Shown here: piece by piece, positions 1 to 11,739 of the stretch | Position numbering within the stretch: the first letter of the stretch is position 1 | How the letters are laid out: every line of letters starts with the position of its first letter | Assembly: GCF_000143415.4 (NCBI RefSeq) | Contig: NW_003314389.1 | Location: 75,135 to 139,134, forward strand | From: Selaginella moellendorffii | Taxonomy: Eukaryota; Plantae; Lycopodiophyta | DNA: 64,000 nucleotides | Reading direction: 5' to 3' | The notes under the pieces: model-generated | What the model was told of the DNA's origin: nothing | Database searches by the model: none | Seen by the model: only the letters and a program-made list of their open reading frames with translations | Translations under genes and position numbers: made by a program

Positions 1-1519
1 GAAACCAAACCTATCGGTAATGTTTAGATAAACTACTATAAATAGGCAGTTAGAGTTGTTTACACGGTCATGCCCTTTTAACGGAATAAGGAACATCGAC
101 AGAAAGGCAAGTGATGTGACCAGTCGACAGTAGCTACCCCATGACTAAAGATTTCACTATGCACACGAAGTGCCGAAGCCAGTCTGCATATACTAGCCCA
201 AACTCAAAGATCAATAAATGGACAATATCAAAGTCATAAACAATGATATCTTAGAGACTTAATTATCAGTGAATAAATCTTAGATTAGAACACAAAAGTA
301 TTCTAAATAAGTTATCATCCGATAAACTAGTATTATAGTATAGGAACCACCAAGATCGCTATCATTGGAAAACATAGGATTCACCATCCAACAAAATTCA
401 ATAGCAAGTATAGCATCAAGTAAATTCAATGATGAAACTTAATTACCAAAAATGGCAGATAGCATGCCAACAACTCACAAAACACAACTCAAAGAACACA
501 AAGTATTATTGACTAACAAGCACAATGCTCGCGAATGTATCACCCGAATCTTAATCTATAAGAACTAACTCGAGCAATAATCAACAAAACAAAATAAATG
601 TTGCAAAGAAAAAAAACACTTAGTCATGCCAACCATTGACCAGCCAACGGAATAGATCCCGATCAACAATACCAAGGAACTCAAGTTGCCTAAGCAAGTG
701 TTAACAATGTCCTACTGATGTCTCAAACCCAAGAGACTAATCCAAAGAAAACCACAAAGAACATGTGGTATTGCCAAAAACCATAAGTTATCAAAGAGAA
801 CAACTAACCATTATGAAAGATCATCAATCATCCCATCAATAGAGAGATGCATAATCGTTATTGAAGAAAGAATCCACCATCCCAAAGAATGGCAAATCAT
901 TCTAGATTAACAATAATTAAGTAAAACCTTCGACAAGGATAATCAACTATCCTAGATGATAGTCAATCATCACCAATGATTACTAGATGCAAAAGCCAAC
1001 TTCAACATCGAAGCTAATGGGCCAAAATGCCTTCCCCAACAACTTTGAACAAATGGAAATGTAAGCATGAAAACTCAAGGAACCAAAAGCTCAAAAAAGC
1101 CTATAGCCAAGTCATGCCTAGCAATGATCATGAGTCTCGCATGAACTAACTTCAATGCTAAAGAAGAAAATCATAGTACAATCCACAATATCCTCCTCAA
1201 CACATCCATAAGCCAAACTTCATAATGCTAAAGCTAATGAAGAGCATATTTGCATCAATGCAAAAGCTAAATATAACAAAGTGATGCTCAACAAGTGATC
1301 TCTAAAAGATCCTCCATGAATCCATTTATAGTAAGACATAACTCACTTCATAACAAGCCCAAGAGAAATCATTAATGATTGATATATCCCAACTAAAATC
1401 CAACAAGGACTCAAATATTCCAATATCAATCACCAACTCTTCCTCTTGTAAAGTTAGTATAGTGCAAGACTGAATCACTTTTCAAGGAAAAGCTCAAAGC
1501 TCAGCCCCTACTAAACAAA

Positions 1520-2083
1520 TCAGCCATTGAAAAAGCTTAAGAAAATTTGTGGAAAATTTTCCATCCTAGAGAAAGAATGACTCTTAGTCTAGGAATGCAA
1601 ACGTTCAAGACTCAACCAACTTCCTCCTATCTACAACTTCACATAAGTTCACTTTAACACTAATTCTCATGACCCATAGTATGCTTAAGCTTCGAACATC
1701 TTTACCCATACTTCCGACATCCAACACTGACATCCGTAAAAATGCAAAATGAACATCCAAGGCTTGATCACGAAGACCACATCTTTGGATATCCACATTT
1801 GCACTAACACTCTTCTTTAACCACCTTCAAGATCCAATGTGAAGCCAAAACACTAACAAAAAAAATGACATGGAAAATCAAGCTTTGAGAAAAAATTCCT
1901 CATCACTCGAAATAATAATGCCACTTCCACTAACACAAGTGTTAGTAATGTCAATGTCTCAACTACACACCTTCTCCATCCAACAATTTACCCCAAGTGC
2001 TAACAGATCAACCGATGAGCTATAGTAAATGAATGCTACAACCCTTTTCCAACACGTCATAGACAAACTCTCAAGGAAACAAG
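1520..2083 (-). repeat. Degenerate repeat, inverted homolog of about 25391-25950 (probably decayed LTR-element internal region)
   Basis: 1541-1640 gaaaatttgtggaaaattttccatcctagagaaagaatg... is the reverse complement of 25830-25930; 2041-2083 matches 25391-25435. No recognisable protein motif. Confidence 0.75.
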
Positions 2084-2088
2084 GTGAG

Positions 2089-2801
2089 TGTAGCGCATGT
2101 GATCATGGGATGAAGTTGGTGGATCACCTCACATCACATGCGCTACACTAACCGCAGTCACCATACATCCTTAGAACCTTAGGGGATAAATGAGGATAAA
2201 ATAGCCACTAAGGGCTCTCTTATCAAGCAATTGCCCCTTTTCCAGTTGGGTTAAGGGGAGAGAGATAAGGTGCGTTATAGTTTGTATCGGAGCGAAATGG
2301 CATGGGTTTGATTCCCATTAATTAGTGGCTACTTAAAAATATAATATACCCTTGAGCAAGGTATATTCCTACCTCTAAATTTGAAATCGTACGTATTGGG
2401 CATCCATGCGTATGTCCTTCCTCTTATGTGGAGTATCTACAGACGAAGATATCCACCGTGGGACTGCGGTATGAGTGGATGACTAGTTGCTTCACATGAA
2501 ATAGCTAATCTACACAATGGAAGGATTGGTATATTTAATGTAGAAATGGAGGTGCTGGTTCCCTTTGGCTCAATAGGGGTTGTTAGTTAATAGTCAATGA
2601 GGACATTGACATCCCTCAAGGGGGGGGCGGGGGGGTGAGTATAGCACATGTGATCATGGGATGAAATTTGGATATACTATCACCATAGATCCTTGGAACC
2701 TTGGGGGATAAATGGGGATAAAATAGCTACTAAGGGTTCTTTTATCAAACAATTGCCCCTTTTCCAGTTGGATTAAGGGGAGAGAGATAAGGTGCGCTAC
2801 A
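2089..2801 (+). mobile_element. TRIM (non-coding miniature LTR retrotransposon) without a 5S segment
   Basis: Diverged direct repeats 2089-2279 (tgtagcgca...gcgttata) and 2640-2801 (tatagcaca...gcgctaca); PBS-like tttgtatcggagc at 2281-2293; G-rich PPT at about 2618-2639; about 360 bp non-coding interior; no TSD seen. Confidence 0.8.
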
Positions 2802-5800
2802 CAATCTGAGACATTAGTTTGGCTCCCATTAGGCTGTGTCGCTCCTTGTTTTGCGTCTGGCTTGGGTTTAAGCCCAAACTCCATGCTGCTTTAGTCGCTG
2901 AGGTACCCTCCTCCTCGTGTTAGGCCACCAGTATGCTAAAATTGTGCCAAACACTGTCTGACACCATTTTGCATGTAGGTGCTGGATACGGGGAGCTGGT
3001 GCTCATGGGATTATGCTAGACCCTCATTTCGTAGTGCAGCGGGCTTGGAGTTTGGCTTCAAAATCAGGTGCGCTATATTTGGTATCAGAGGAATTGTCTC
3101 AGCGATTCCTATCCAACTTTTGTCAGATTTTTTGACTCAAGTTACATATATAGACTTTTCTAGTAGATCCAAAGTGACTTGTGTAGGATTAGCGGGATTG
3201 CACCATTTGGTAAGAATGTTGTATGCATGTTTAGTTACTGATAGAGGCATGCATGCAGCTAGCGGGATGGTGAAAAGGAACCACGCTGTGACGCTAAAAC
3301 CTCTAGATGGGTAAATCGAGAGGAGGAAACTCCTACTAGAGATGCTATGGAAGAGGTTGAGGCTGAGTTAGAAAAGGAAGAGCTGGATGTTGCGGCACTA
3401 CAGCATACAGCTCAGAAAGTCAAGATTGAGAATTTGCAAAGGGAAATTTGCAAATTGAAGAAGGAGAACAAGAAGAGGAAGAAAGAAACTAAAGCAGGTA
3501 AACTAGCTAAACCTAAGCAACCAGACTCCTTCTCAAGTTCTAAGGATGATGAAGTTCTGTAACCACCCCTGATTGCACGAGTTTCAAAGTTTAAGCCTGC
3601 AAAACCACCCAATATTAAAGGCATGTGGGACTATCACGTTTTGGAAGACTAGGTCTATAATATGGAAAATTATTTCATAGCAGCAGATGTAGATGATTGT
3701 ACAAAAGTTGCGTGTGTGCAATCTTTTCTCACCAATCATGCCAAAACTTGGTGGCGCGAGGTATGTGTTGAGAAAGGGCGGACTAGAAGTTGGACCAAGA
3801 TGCGGTCTCGTATTCGTAAGGAATACTTGCCAAATGATCTTGGTCTGAGACTTCACGCAGAGCTGCGACGGTTAAAGCAGCGAGGGGACCTTATGCATTA
3901 CATTAATGTGTTTGCTTAGAAGCACATTATGATTCTAAATATGAGTGACGAAGATGCTCGGAGTTATTTCCTAGAAGGTTTAAGTTCACTTTCTCCTAAT
4001 GAGATTTTGAAGTTGAAGTCAAAGATGTACTTGGAGTGTAAGGAGGTAGCACAGGAAGTTGCCTTTAGCCATTCACTCATGGAATAATATCAACAGCCAT
4101 ATGTTGGTACCTCAGAGAAGAATAAGAATTTTGGGAATAAATAAGGTGATCGGAAATAGAGGGTGGAAGGTAGGTTTCACCCTAGAAGCTCATAAGCAAT
4201 GGTTAACAAAGGTGGTGGTGGTGGTTGGAGACCACTAGCAGCTTCTTCTTGTCCTAGGCCCTCTGTTCCTCCTCCTGGTGGGTACAAGCAGCAGCAACTT
4301 GTGAAACCTGCTCCTAGTGGAACAGGTAGTGTGGGTCATTGTTTCCATTGTGGAGAGTCAGGACATAGGTCCTCGGAATGTCCCAACAAGCATAAGACAA
4401 GGTCTTGTATTAATATCATGAGGGAAGATAGTGGTGGTGAAGTTGAAGGGGTTGACGAGTTGGTCAATGCAGTCTATAAGGAAGAGGAGGTGAGTTACTT
4501 TCGTTGCTCTCCTCAAGCTTTTCTCGCAGTCAATACAAACACTAATCCATTGATATATCTAGTAGGCTTTGTCTGCGGACATTGAATCTGAGTGATGATT
4601 GACATGGGAGCTATGCATAGCGTGATATCTGAAGATTTAGGATTGAATGTTGAGCAAATGTCACCCATACACTTCTAGTTTGCGGAAGGTGGGCAAGTAG
4701 CTAGAAAATTTATGAGTGATGTTCCAATAAAAATATCCAAGTGGAAAGAAAGAGTGGACTTGGTAGTGTTGAAGATACTAGATTTTTAGATGGTGTTTGG
4801 TATGGACTTCTTCAACAAATATATTAAAGGGATTTATGGTGCTGGACAAAGTCGTATCACTTTGAAGTCAGAAGGACATCCCGATATGTCCTTCCAGTTG
4901 CAAAAGCACTACTCATAGGATTGGGATGCTAAGTTCTTGACTATGAGAGCCACTCAAAAAGTAGCTAAGAAGGGATGTCAGACCTTTTGGGTTCAAGTGA
5001 TGGAAGCTGAGGGTGTTGGAGACTCGGTTCGAATTAGTGATGGGGTTGATCTCATACCAAAGAAGATATTGGAGTTGTTGATATATAATCAGGATACCTT
5101 TCCAAAGGATTTTCCACTAGGGCTACCTCCTAGCTGTGAGGTTGATCATCGGATTGAGGTCATTTCGGGTTCTACACCACCTACAAAGGCTCCATATCAC
5201 TTGAACATCAAGGAGATGGCTGAACTCAAGAAGCAACTCACAGAGCTTCTTGATAAAGGTCATATTCGACCAAACAAGTCACTTTATGGAGTGCTGGTCC
5301 TTTGTGTTATGAAAAAGGATGGAACCATGAGGATGTGTATCGACTATTAACCACTCAACAAGATCATGGTTAAAATTAGTTATCCTTTACCTCGCATTGA
5401 TGATTTGTTTGACTAACTCTTAACGGCTAAGTATTTTACGCGACTTGATTTGCGGTTTGGGTATCACTAAATACGTGTGGCAGATTAGGATGTGGAGAAG
5501 ATAGCCTTTAAAACTCGGTACGGATCTTATGAGTTCCTTGTCATGCTGTTTGGGTTATGCAATGCTTTGGCAACATTCAACACTATGATGGATAGAATAT
5601 TCAGAGATTATTTGGACACATTTGTTGTCCTATAAATTGATGATGTTCTAGTCTTCAGTGAAACATTGGAGGATTATTTGAAACACTTGGAGCTGGTGTT
5701 TCAGAAGTTGTGCGAACAGATGTGCGAACACAAATTGTATGCTAAGGAAAGTAAATGCGCTTTTGGACAATTGTGGGTAAACTTTCTCAAACATATAGTT

Positions 5801-5883
5801 GGTGGTGGCATAATTGAGGTGGATCCAAAGAAAGTCGAAGCAATGAAGTCCTGGGAAGTCCCGACCACTATATCAAATGTTCG

Positions 5884-7346
5884 TGTAAGCAACCAAAGGG
5901 AACGACTTGAGAAACGATCCATGGGGTTTAAATATAGAGGGAAAGAGCCCATGAAAAAGAGTGCACCCCCTCTTTTCCAATCGGTTAAGGGTCTTGGGAT
6001 ATTTGGGGTTAAGTGTCCTTGGGTTTGAATAGTACTGAGCTGGGTGACCTCCCGGGAAGTCCAAACTCAGGAGCTTACATTTGGTATCAGAGCGGTCTCA
6101 GGTCCGACTCTGTTGGTTGGCTAGGGGAATCACACCACATGTTGATTGACATCTGGCTGGTCCAGTTTGCTCCTCCTGGGCTCGACCCGAGGGGTAGGGT
6201 GTCAAGAGAGCGGGGCTCTCGAGAGAGCTGCGGCTCTCAGCTTCCATTCACGAGGGCGTGAACTTGCAGGGAAGCGTGGTGGATTGTAAGCAACCAAAGG
6301 GAACGACTTGAGAGACGATCCATGGGGTTCAAATATAGAGGGAAAGGGCCCATGAACAAGAGTGCACCCTCTTTTCCAATCGGTTAAGGGTCTTGGGATA
6401 TTTGGGGTTAAGTGTCCTTGGGTTTGAATAGTACTGGGCTGGGTGACCTCCCAGGAAGTCCAAACTCAGGAGCTTACATTTGGTATCGGAGCGGTCTCAG
6501 GTCCGACTCTGTTGGTTAGCTAGGGGAATCACACCACATGTTGATTGACATCTGGCTGGTCTAGTTTGCTCCTCCTGGGCTCGACCCGAGGGGTAGGGTG
6601 TCAAGAGAGCGGGGCTCTCGGGAGAGCTGTGGCTCTCAGCTTCCATTCACGAGGGCGTGAACTTGCAGGGAAGCGTGGTGGATTGTAAGCAACCAAAGGG
6701 AACGACTTGAGAGACGATCCATGGGGTTCAAATATAGAGGGAAAAGGCCCATGAACAAGAGTGCACCCTCTTTTCCAATCGGTTAAGGGTCTTGGGATAT
6801 TTGGGGTTAAGTGTCCTTGGGTTTGAATAGTACTGGGCTGGGTGACCTCTCGGGAAGTCCAAACTCAGGAGCTTACATTTGGTATCAGAGCGGTCTCAGG
6901 TCCGACTTTGTTGGTTGGCTAAGGGAATCACACCACATGTTAATTGACATCTAGCTGGTCCAGTTTGCTCCCGCTGGGCTCGACTTGAGGGGTAGGGTGT
7001 CAAGAGAGCGGGGCTCTTGGGAGAGCTGCAGCTCTCAGCTTCCGTTCACGAGGCCCGAGGGGTAGGGTGTCAAGAGAGTGGGGCTCTCGGGAGAGCTGCA
7101 ACTCTCAGCTTCCATTCACGAGGGCGTGAACTTGCAGGGAAGCGTGGTGGATTGTAAGCAACCAAAGGGAACGACTTGAGAGACGATCCATGGGGTTCAA
7201 CTATAGAGGGAAAGGGCCCATGAAAAAGAGTGCACCCCTTTTTCCAATCGGTTAAGGGTTTTGGGATATTTGGGGTTAAGCGTCCTTGGGTTTGAATAGT
7301 ACCGGGCTGGGTGACCTCCCGGGAAGTCCAAACTCAGGAGCTTACA
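5884..7346 (+). mobile_element. Cassandra-type TRIM tandem array (four LTRs, three internal domains)
   Basis: LTRs 5884-6079, 6285-6478, 6684-6877 and 7153-7346 (TGTAAGC...GCTTACA). Each internal unit starts with the PBS TGGTATCRGAGC and ends with gggaagcgtggtggat. A single 5-bp TSD GTTCG lies at 5879-5883 and 7347-7351. Confidence 0.96.
6008..6062 (+). promoter_or_regulatory. 5S rRNA-derived Pol III internal control region (A-box, IE, C-box) in the Cassandra LTR, repeated in every LTR copy
   Basis: gttaagtgtccttgggtttgaatagtactgagctgggtgacctcccgggaagtcc aligns without gaps, at roughly 80% by eye, to the recalled plant 5S segment GTTAAGCGTGCTTGGGCGAGAGTAGTACTAGGATGGGTGACCTCCTGGGAAGTCC. Confidence 0.9.
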
Positions 7347-7527
7347 GTTCGTTCCTTTCTTGGTTTGGCAGGATACTATCGCAAGTTTGTCCACAATTTT
7401 GCAAGAATTGCTCTTCCATTGACAGAGTTAACAAAGAGTAATATTTCGTTTCATTAGACAGCAGCTTGTCAAAGTGCTTTTGTATAGTTGAAGGAGATCT
7501 TGACTACAGTTCCTATTCTCAGGATCC

Positions 7528-7722
7528 TGTAAGCAACCAAAAGAAATGACTCGAGAAACAATCCGTTGGGGTTCAAATATAGAAGGAAAGGGCCCATGAA
7601 CAAGAGTGCACCCCCTTTTCCAATCGGTTAAGGGTCTTGGGATACTTGGAGTTAAGAGTCCTTGGGTTTGAATAGTACTGGGCTGGGTGACCTCCCGGGA
7701 AGTCCAAATTTAGGAGCTTACA
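7528..7722 (+). mobile_element. Cassandra solo LTR
   Basis: Single LTR tgtaagc...gcttaca with near-TSD gatcc (7523-7527) and aatcc (7723-7727). Removing it restores pol PILRI-xDFDKSFEVHCDASG. Confidence 0.93.
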
Positions 7723-10700
7723 AATCCTAGATTTTGATAAATCCTTTGAAGTGCATTGTGATGCATCTGGTTATGCTATTGATGCCGTGTTGCAAAAAGA
7801 ATGTGACAAAGCAGTTGGTGTTACGCTAAGGTGACATGGTTGTCTTGTTGCGTTCTATTCCAAGAAATTGGATGAAACCCAACAAAGGTGGCCAACGCAT
7901 GAGAATGAGATGTTTGCTATAGTATCGGCACTGGAACCCTAGAGACACTATCTGGGTAGACACACCAAGGTTTTACAAATAGTAACACACTGAGCTACTT
8001 TGCTACGCAGCTTAAGCTTATGCCAAAGCAGACTCGTTAGCAAGAGAAGCTTGTTAGATATGATATTGAAATCATATATAAACATGGTAAAGACAATATT
8101 GTTTCGGATGTATTGAGTCATCAGGCTTAGTTCTGGGCAATATTGGCAATCAATTCAGAATGGTTAGAGGACATTCAAGCTTTGTATAGAAGTGATCCAT
8201 CGGCGAAGGCAATCTTGCACCATGTAGAGTTGTCGAAGCAAAACCCTAGTAGTGAAGCAGCAAAAGTTGCTAGTAGAACCAGTGTGAGGCTTCACTACTT
8301 AGTTCGGGATGGGCCTATATTTTATAAACAAGAAAGATTGTATCTTCCCTTTAAGGATCTGCAGTAGTTGTTTCTGCGGGAACATCATGATGTTCCAGCA
8401 GCAAGACATGGTGGAAAGCAAAAGACTCTAGCTTCTTTGAAAAAGGGATTTTTCTGGTCTGTTCTTGTCCTATATGCCAGCAATGTAAATGCAAAGTTGA
8501 GAAGCAGGTTGGAAAGTTGTAGTGCATCCCAGCACCAACATGGCCATTTCAGAGTGTGACACTTGATTTCGTTACATGCTTGCCGAAGTTTAAGGGTTAT
8601 GATACTTTGATGGTGGTTATGGATTGGTTGTTGAAGATTGCACACTTCATTCTAACTATGGAAACAATGAATGTGAAGCAAGCAGCAAAACTCCTTATCC
8701 ATGAAGTAGTGCGGGTTCGTGGTCTTCCTGAAGAGATAATCTCGGATAGAGATTTGAGGATTACGGGGAAGTTTTAGGGCATACTATTCCAGCTGTTTGG
8801 TAGTAAGTTGAAGTTTAGTATGGCTTATCATCCTCAAACTAATGGGCAAACCGAATGTGTGAATGCTCAATTTAAGGATTATTTGTGGTACTATGTCGCG
8901 ATGGACTAACGTGACTAGGTTGAGCATTTGGATACAGCCAAAATTTGTTATAACAGCATATTTCACAACACTATTGGCTGTTCTCCATGGGAGATATTGC
9001 AAAGAAATGCTTGCGGAGTGCCTCAACAGATTGTTGTACCGAAACCAATGTCTGAAGTGTTGGTCCCGGCCACTGAGACTTATGTGGAGTAGCTATGCCA
9101 AGGTTGGTCTAGAGATATTGAGGCATGGGCAAAACTCAGGATAGGTATCGATGTGATAAGGATCAGCATCGTCGGGATGTAGTGAGGTAATCAGGTATGG
9201 CTATCTTCCCGAAACTTGAACATTAAGGGATGTTTATCTCGGAAGCTGTTACTGAGGTATGTTAGACCCTTTCAGGTGTTGAAAAGAATTGGTGATATAT
9301 CCTATCAATTGGATCTGCCTGCGGAGATGTCTAATGTTCATAATGTATTTCATGCCAATCTATTGGCTTCTTACACAATGGATGTTGCATACCAAGGGGA
9401 GATTCGTCCATCGCTAGAAGTTGTGGATGGTGAACCTGAATACGAAGTTGAAAGCATTCTATCATGTCGCTGGAAACGTGGTGGTCGTTCCAAGGAATAC
9501 CTAGTCAAGTAGAAAGGTTACCAATTTTCTGAATTAACTTGAGAACCTCTTAGTAATCTTACCCATGCTCGTGAGCTTATCACGGAGTATGAGAATAGTA
9601 TTAAAGACTAGCTTTTGTAAACTTTGTAATAAATCTTGCAAATCAATAAAGTAATATATTTCTATAAATCAAAGTTTTGTTTCTCTCATTCATTAGTACT
9701 TGGGTCAATTTTGGTAGGCTGACTTCGGCACTTCAGTGCATGGGTCCAATCCATAACTATAGCGATAACTATTATAGACTAATCACAAGTCCTTATCTCT
9801 CTCTTGATGACTCATTTTTTGAAAGGGGGTGTGGTTGTGTAAACAATTTAATCAGCCAGTTTATAATAGTTGTCTAAATCTTCCCAATGGGGTTGATTTC
9901 TTGCTCAAGGGGAGTTGGGCCTTTGGCTTTCTCCTTATGTCCTAGGTAGGGATGTATCATTCCTTTGTAAGCCGAGTGGTACTTAGAGCAGCAAGGATGG
10001 CTAACTCCATTAGTCATTTCCTTGTCGGTGATGGCCAGAGGGTGTCTGAGTCTTAACGTCTTTGGACATAGAGGAGAGGTCATTCCATAACTCATTTAAG
10101 TCGGTGTGTTTCCCACATAGTGTGCTTTCTGTTAACTTTCAGAGTTGTTTCCTTGATGGTTTGCTAGACTCGGGTATGCATTGACAAGGACGTTGATCTT
10201 CCCCAAGGGGGGGAGAGTGTCACAAATGTGATTTTAGGTATTAAAAGATACTTGTTGGCCAATCCTTACAGACACTCTTTCCTTACTGCCACAATGGCAG
10301 GAGGTCGGTACTGCTAGTCCCTTTTGTGGTCTCCACCCAAGTTAGTTGAGAAATTAGTCATTGCGTGTGCACTTAACCAAATGAGCATTAGGATGGAATT
10401 CCTACTTGCTATTTGTCAAGCATACTTGACCTGGTTAAAGAAACTTATTTGTTGACTTACACTTGCTAGTGTTGCGAATCCCCTCAATATTAAGTCTAGT
10501 CCCTTAATATCATTATATGATAGCTTACCGTGTCTGCCAAACACCCTCGCTATCATACCCTTTGTGTTAGTCTCATTTTGGTCCCCAATGCTATTTATGG
10601 AATGTGTCTAGATTCACTCATTTGGCATATCTACGAAATGTAGAGATTGACCTGAACACAATGGTATTTTTTATGTGTCCAAATTTGCAATCTAGAGACA

Positions 10701-10769
10701 TTCCATATTTAGTAAGTTTTGAGCTTGTCCCAAAGACTAACTCCTAGTACTAAAGGAGGCTTGGGGTGA

Positions 10770-10973
10770 AAGCCTTATCTGATGCCCTCATGATGCCAAA
10801 TACCACTTCCTGGTGTTTTAGAGTGTTTGGGTGTCCCAATGATGGCCTTCTTTGATAATGAGCATTTCCTTTATAACATTAACTTACTATATTACAATAA
10901 TAGTAATTTATCCCCTTATAAAGGTATCTTTAACTTCTTTATCTTAATAAGAAGTCTTGGGTAGTTACCTTCT
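10770..10973 (-). repeat. Antisense fragment of the large non-coding element's internal region
   Basis: Reverse complement of about 32611-32810 (agaaggtagctacccaagacttc...ccatcattgggacacccgaacactctagaacacc). Confidence 0.85.
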
Positions 10974-11206
10974 TGTGAGACACAAAATCCCTAGGCCCCA
11001 AAGTGGAGCCGGAAGGGCGCCACGTGGTAGTGGCCGAAGTGAAAGCCAAACGAGTGTAACACGTTTGGACTAAAAGCTCCGACTTGAAAGGTCGAGAGCG
11101 GGAGTGGAACTCCCAACAAAGTGTTCGAGGAACAAGCACAACGCGAGCAATAAGCAAAGCTCCAAAAAGGGACCTAAAAAGACCAACACATGACATGTGG
11201 AAGTGT

Positions 11207-11739
11207 CCGAGATGGAGTCTGAGATGGACCCGAGTTGAAGTCCGAGGTGGAGTCCGAGTTGAAGTCCGAGATGGACCGAGACAGAGTCCGAGATGGAGTC
11301 CGAGATGGACCAAGACGGAGTCCGAGATGGTCCGAGACAGAATCCGAGATGGACCGAGACGGAGTCCGAGATGGAGTTTGAGATGGACCGAGACAGAGTC
11401 CGAGATGGAGTCTGAGATGGTCCGAGACGAACTCAGAGATGGACCGAGACGGAGTCTAAGATGGAGTCTGAGCGGAGTCCGAGATGGAGTCCAAGATGGA
11501 CTGAGATGGAGTCTGAGATGGAGTCCGACATGGACCCGAGATGGAGTCCGAGATGGACCCAAGATGGAGTCCGAGGTGGAGTCTGAGATGGACTGAGACG
11601 GAGTCCAAGATGGAATCCGAGATGGAGTCTGAGAAGGACTTGAGATGGAGTTTGAGGTCAAGATCGAGACTGGGACCGAGATCAGGACCGAGACCGAGAC
11701 CGAGGCCGAGTCCGAGTCTGAGTCCGAGTCCGAGTCTGA
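11207..11739 (+). repeat. LTR-internal minisatellite: CCGAGATGGAGT and CCGAGATGGAC units grading into (GACCGA)n then (GTCCGA)n
   Basis: Directly visible; the same array recurs at about 21812-22125, 22515-22777, 27362-27502, 27735-28447 and 29420-30060. Confidence 0.95.

Larger units (their letters stand above)
3347..9611 (+). pseudogene. gag-pol pseudogene with many stops and frameshifts, interrupted by Cassandra insertions
   Basis: Gag AKTWW motif; zinc knuckle CFHCGESGHRSSEC (about 4340-4381); protease-like IDMGA (about 4600); RT motifs PYHL..ELKKQLTELLDKGHIRP, YPLPRIDDLFD and L*IDDVLVFS; NVRSFLGLAGYYRKFV across the insertion; RNase H HCDASGYAI; integrase HHDVP..H, LDFVTCLP, IISDRD, AYHPQTNGQTE; chromodomain EYEVESILSCR..KEYLVK (about 9440-9600). 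Confidence 0.93.
2802..10217 (+). mobile_element. Degenerate Ty3/gypsy chromovirus LTR retrotransposon (3' part of 5' LTR through PPT)
   Basis: LTR end at about 3077, tRNA-iMet PBS TGGTATCAGAG at 3080-3090, domain order gag-PR-RT-RH-INT-chromodomain, PPT aagggggggagag at 10205-10217 followed by TG. The extent of the 3' LTR is not resolved. Confidence 0.9.

Noticed and set aside
5884-7346. Regularly spaced repeats as a 5S rDNA array or CRISPR
   Set aside because: Only about 55 bp is 5S-like and it sits inside TG...CA LTRs with PBS, PPT and TSD; the spacers are near-identical; the context is eukaryotic.
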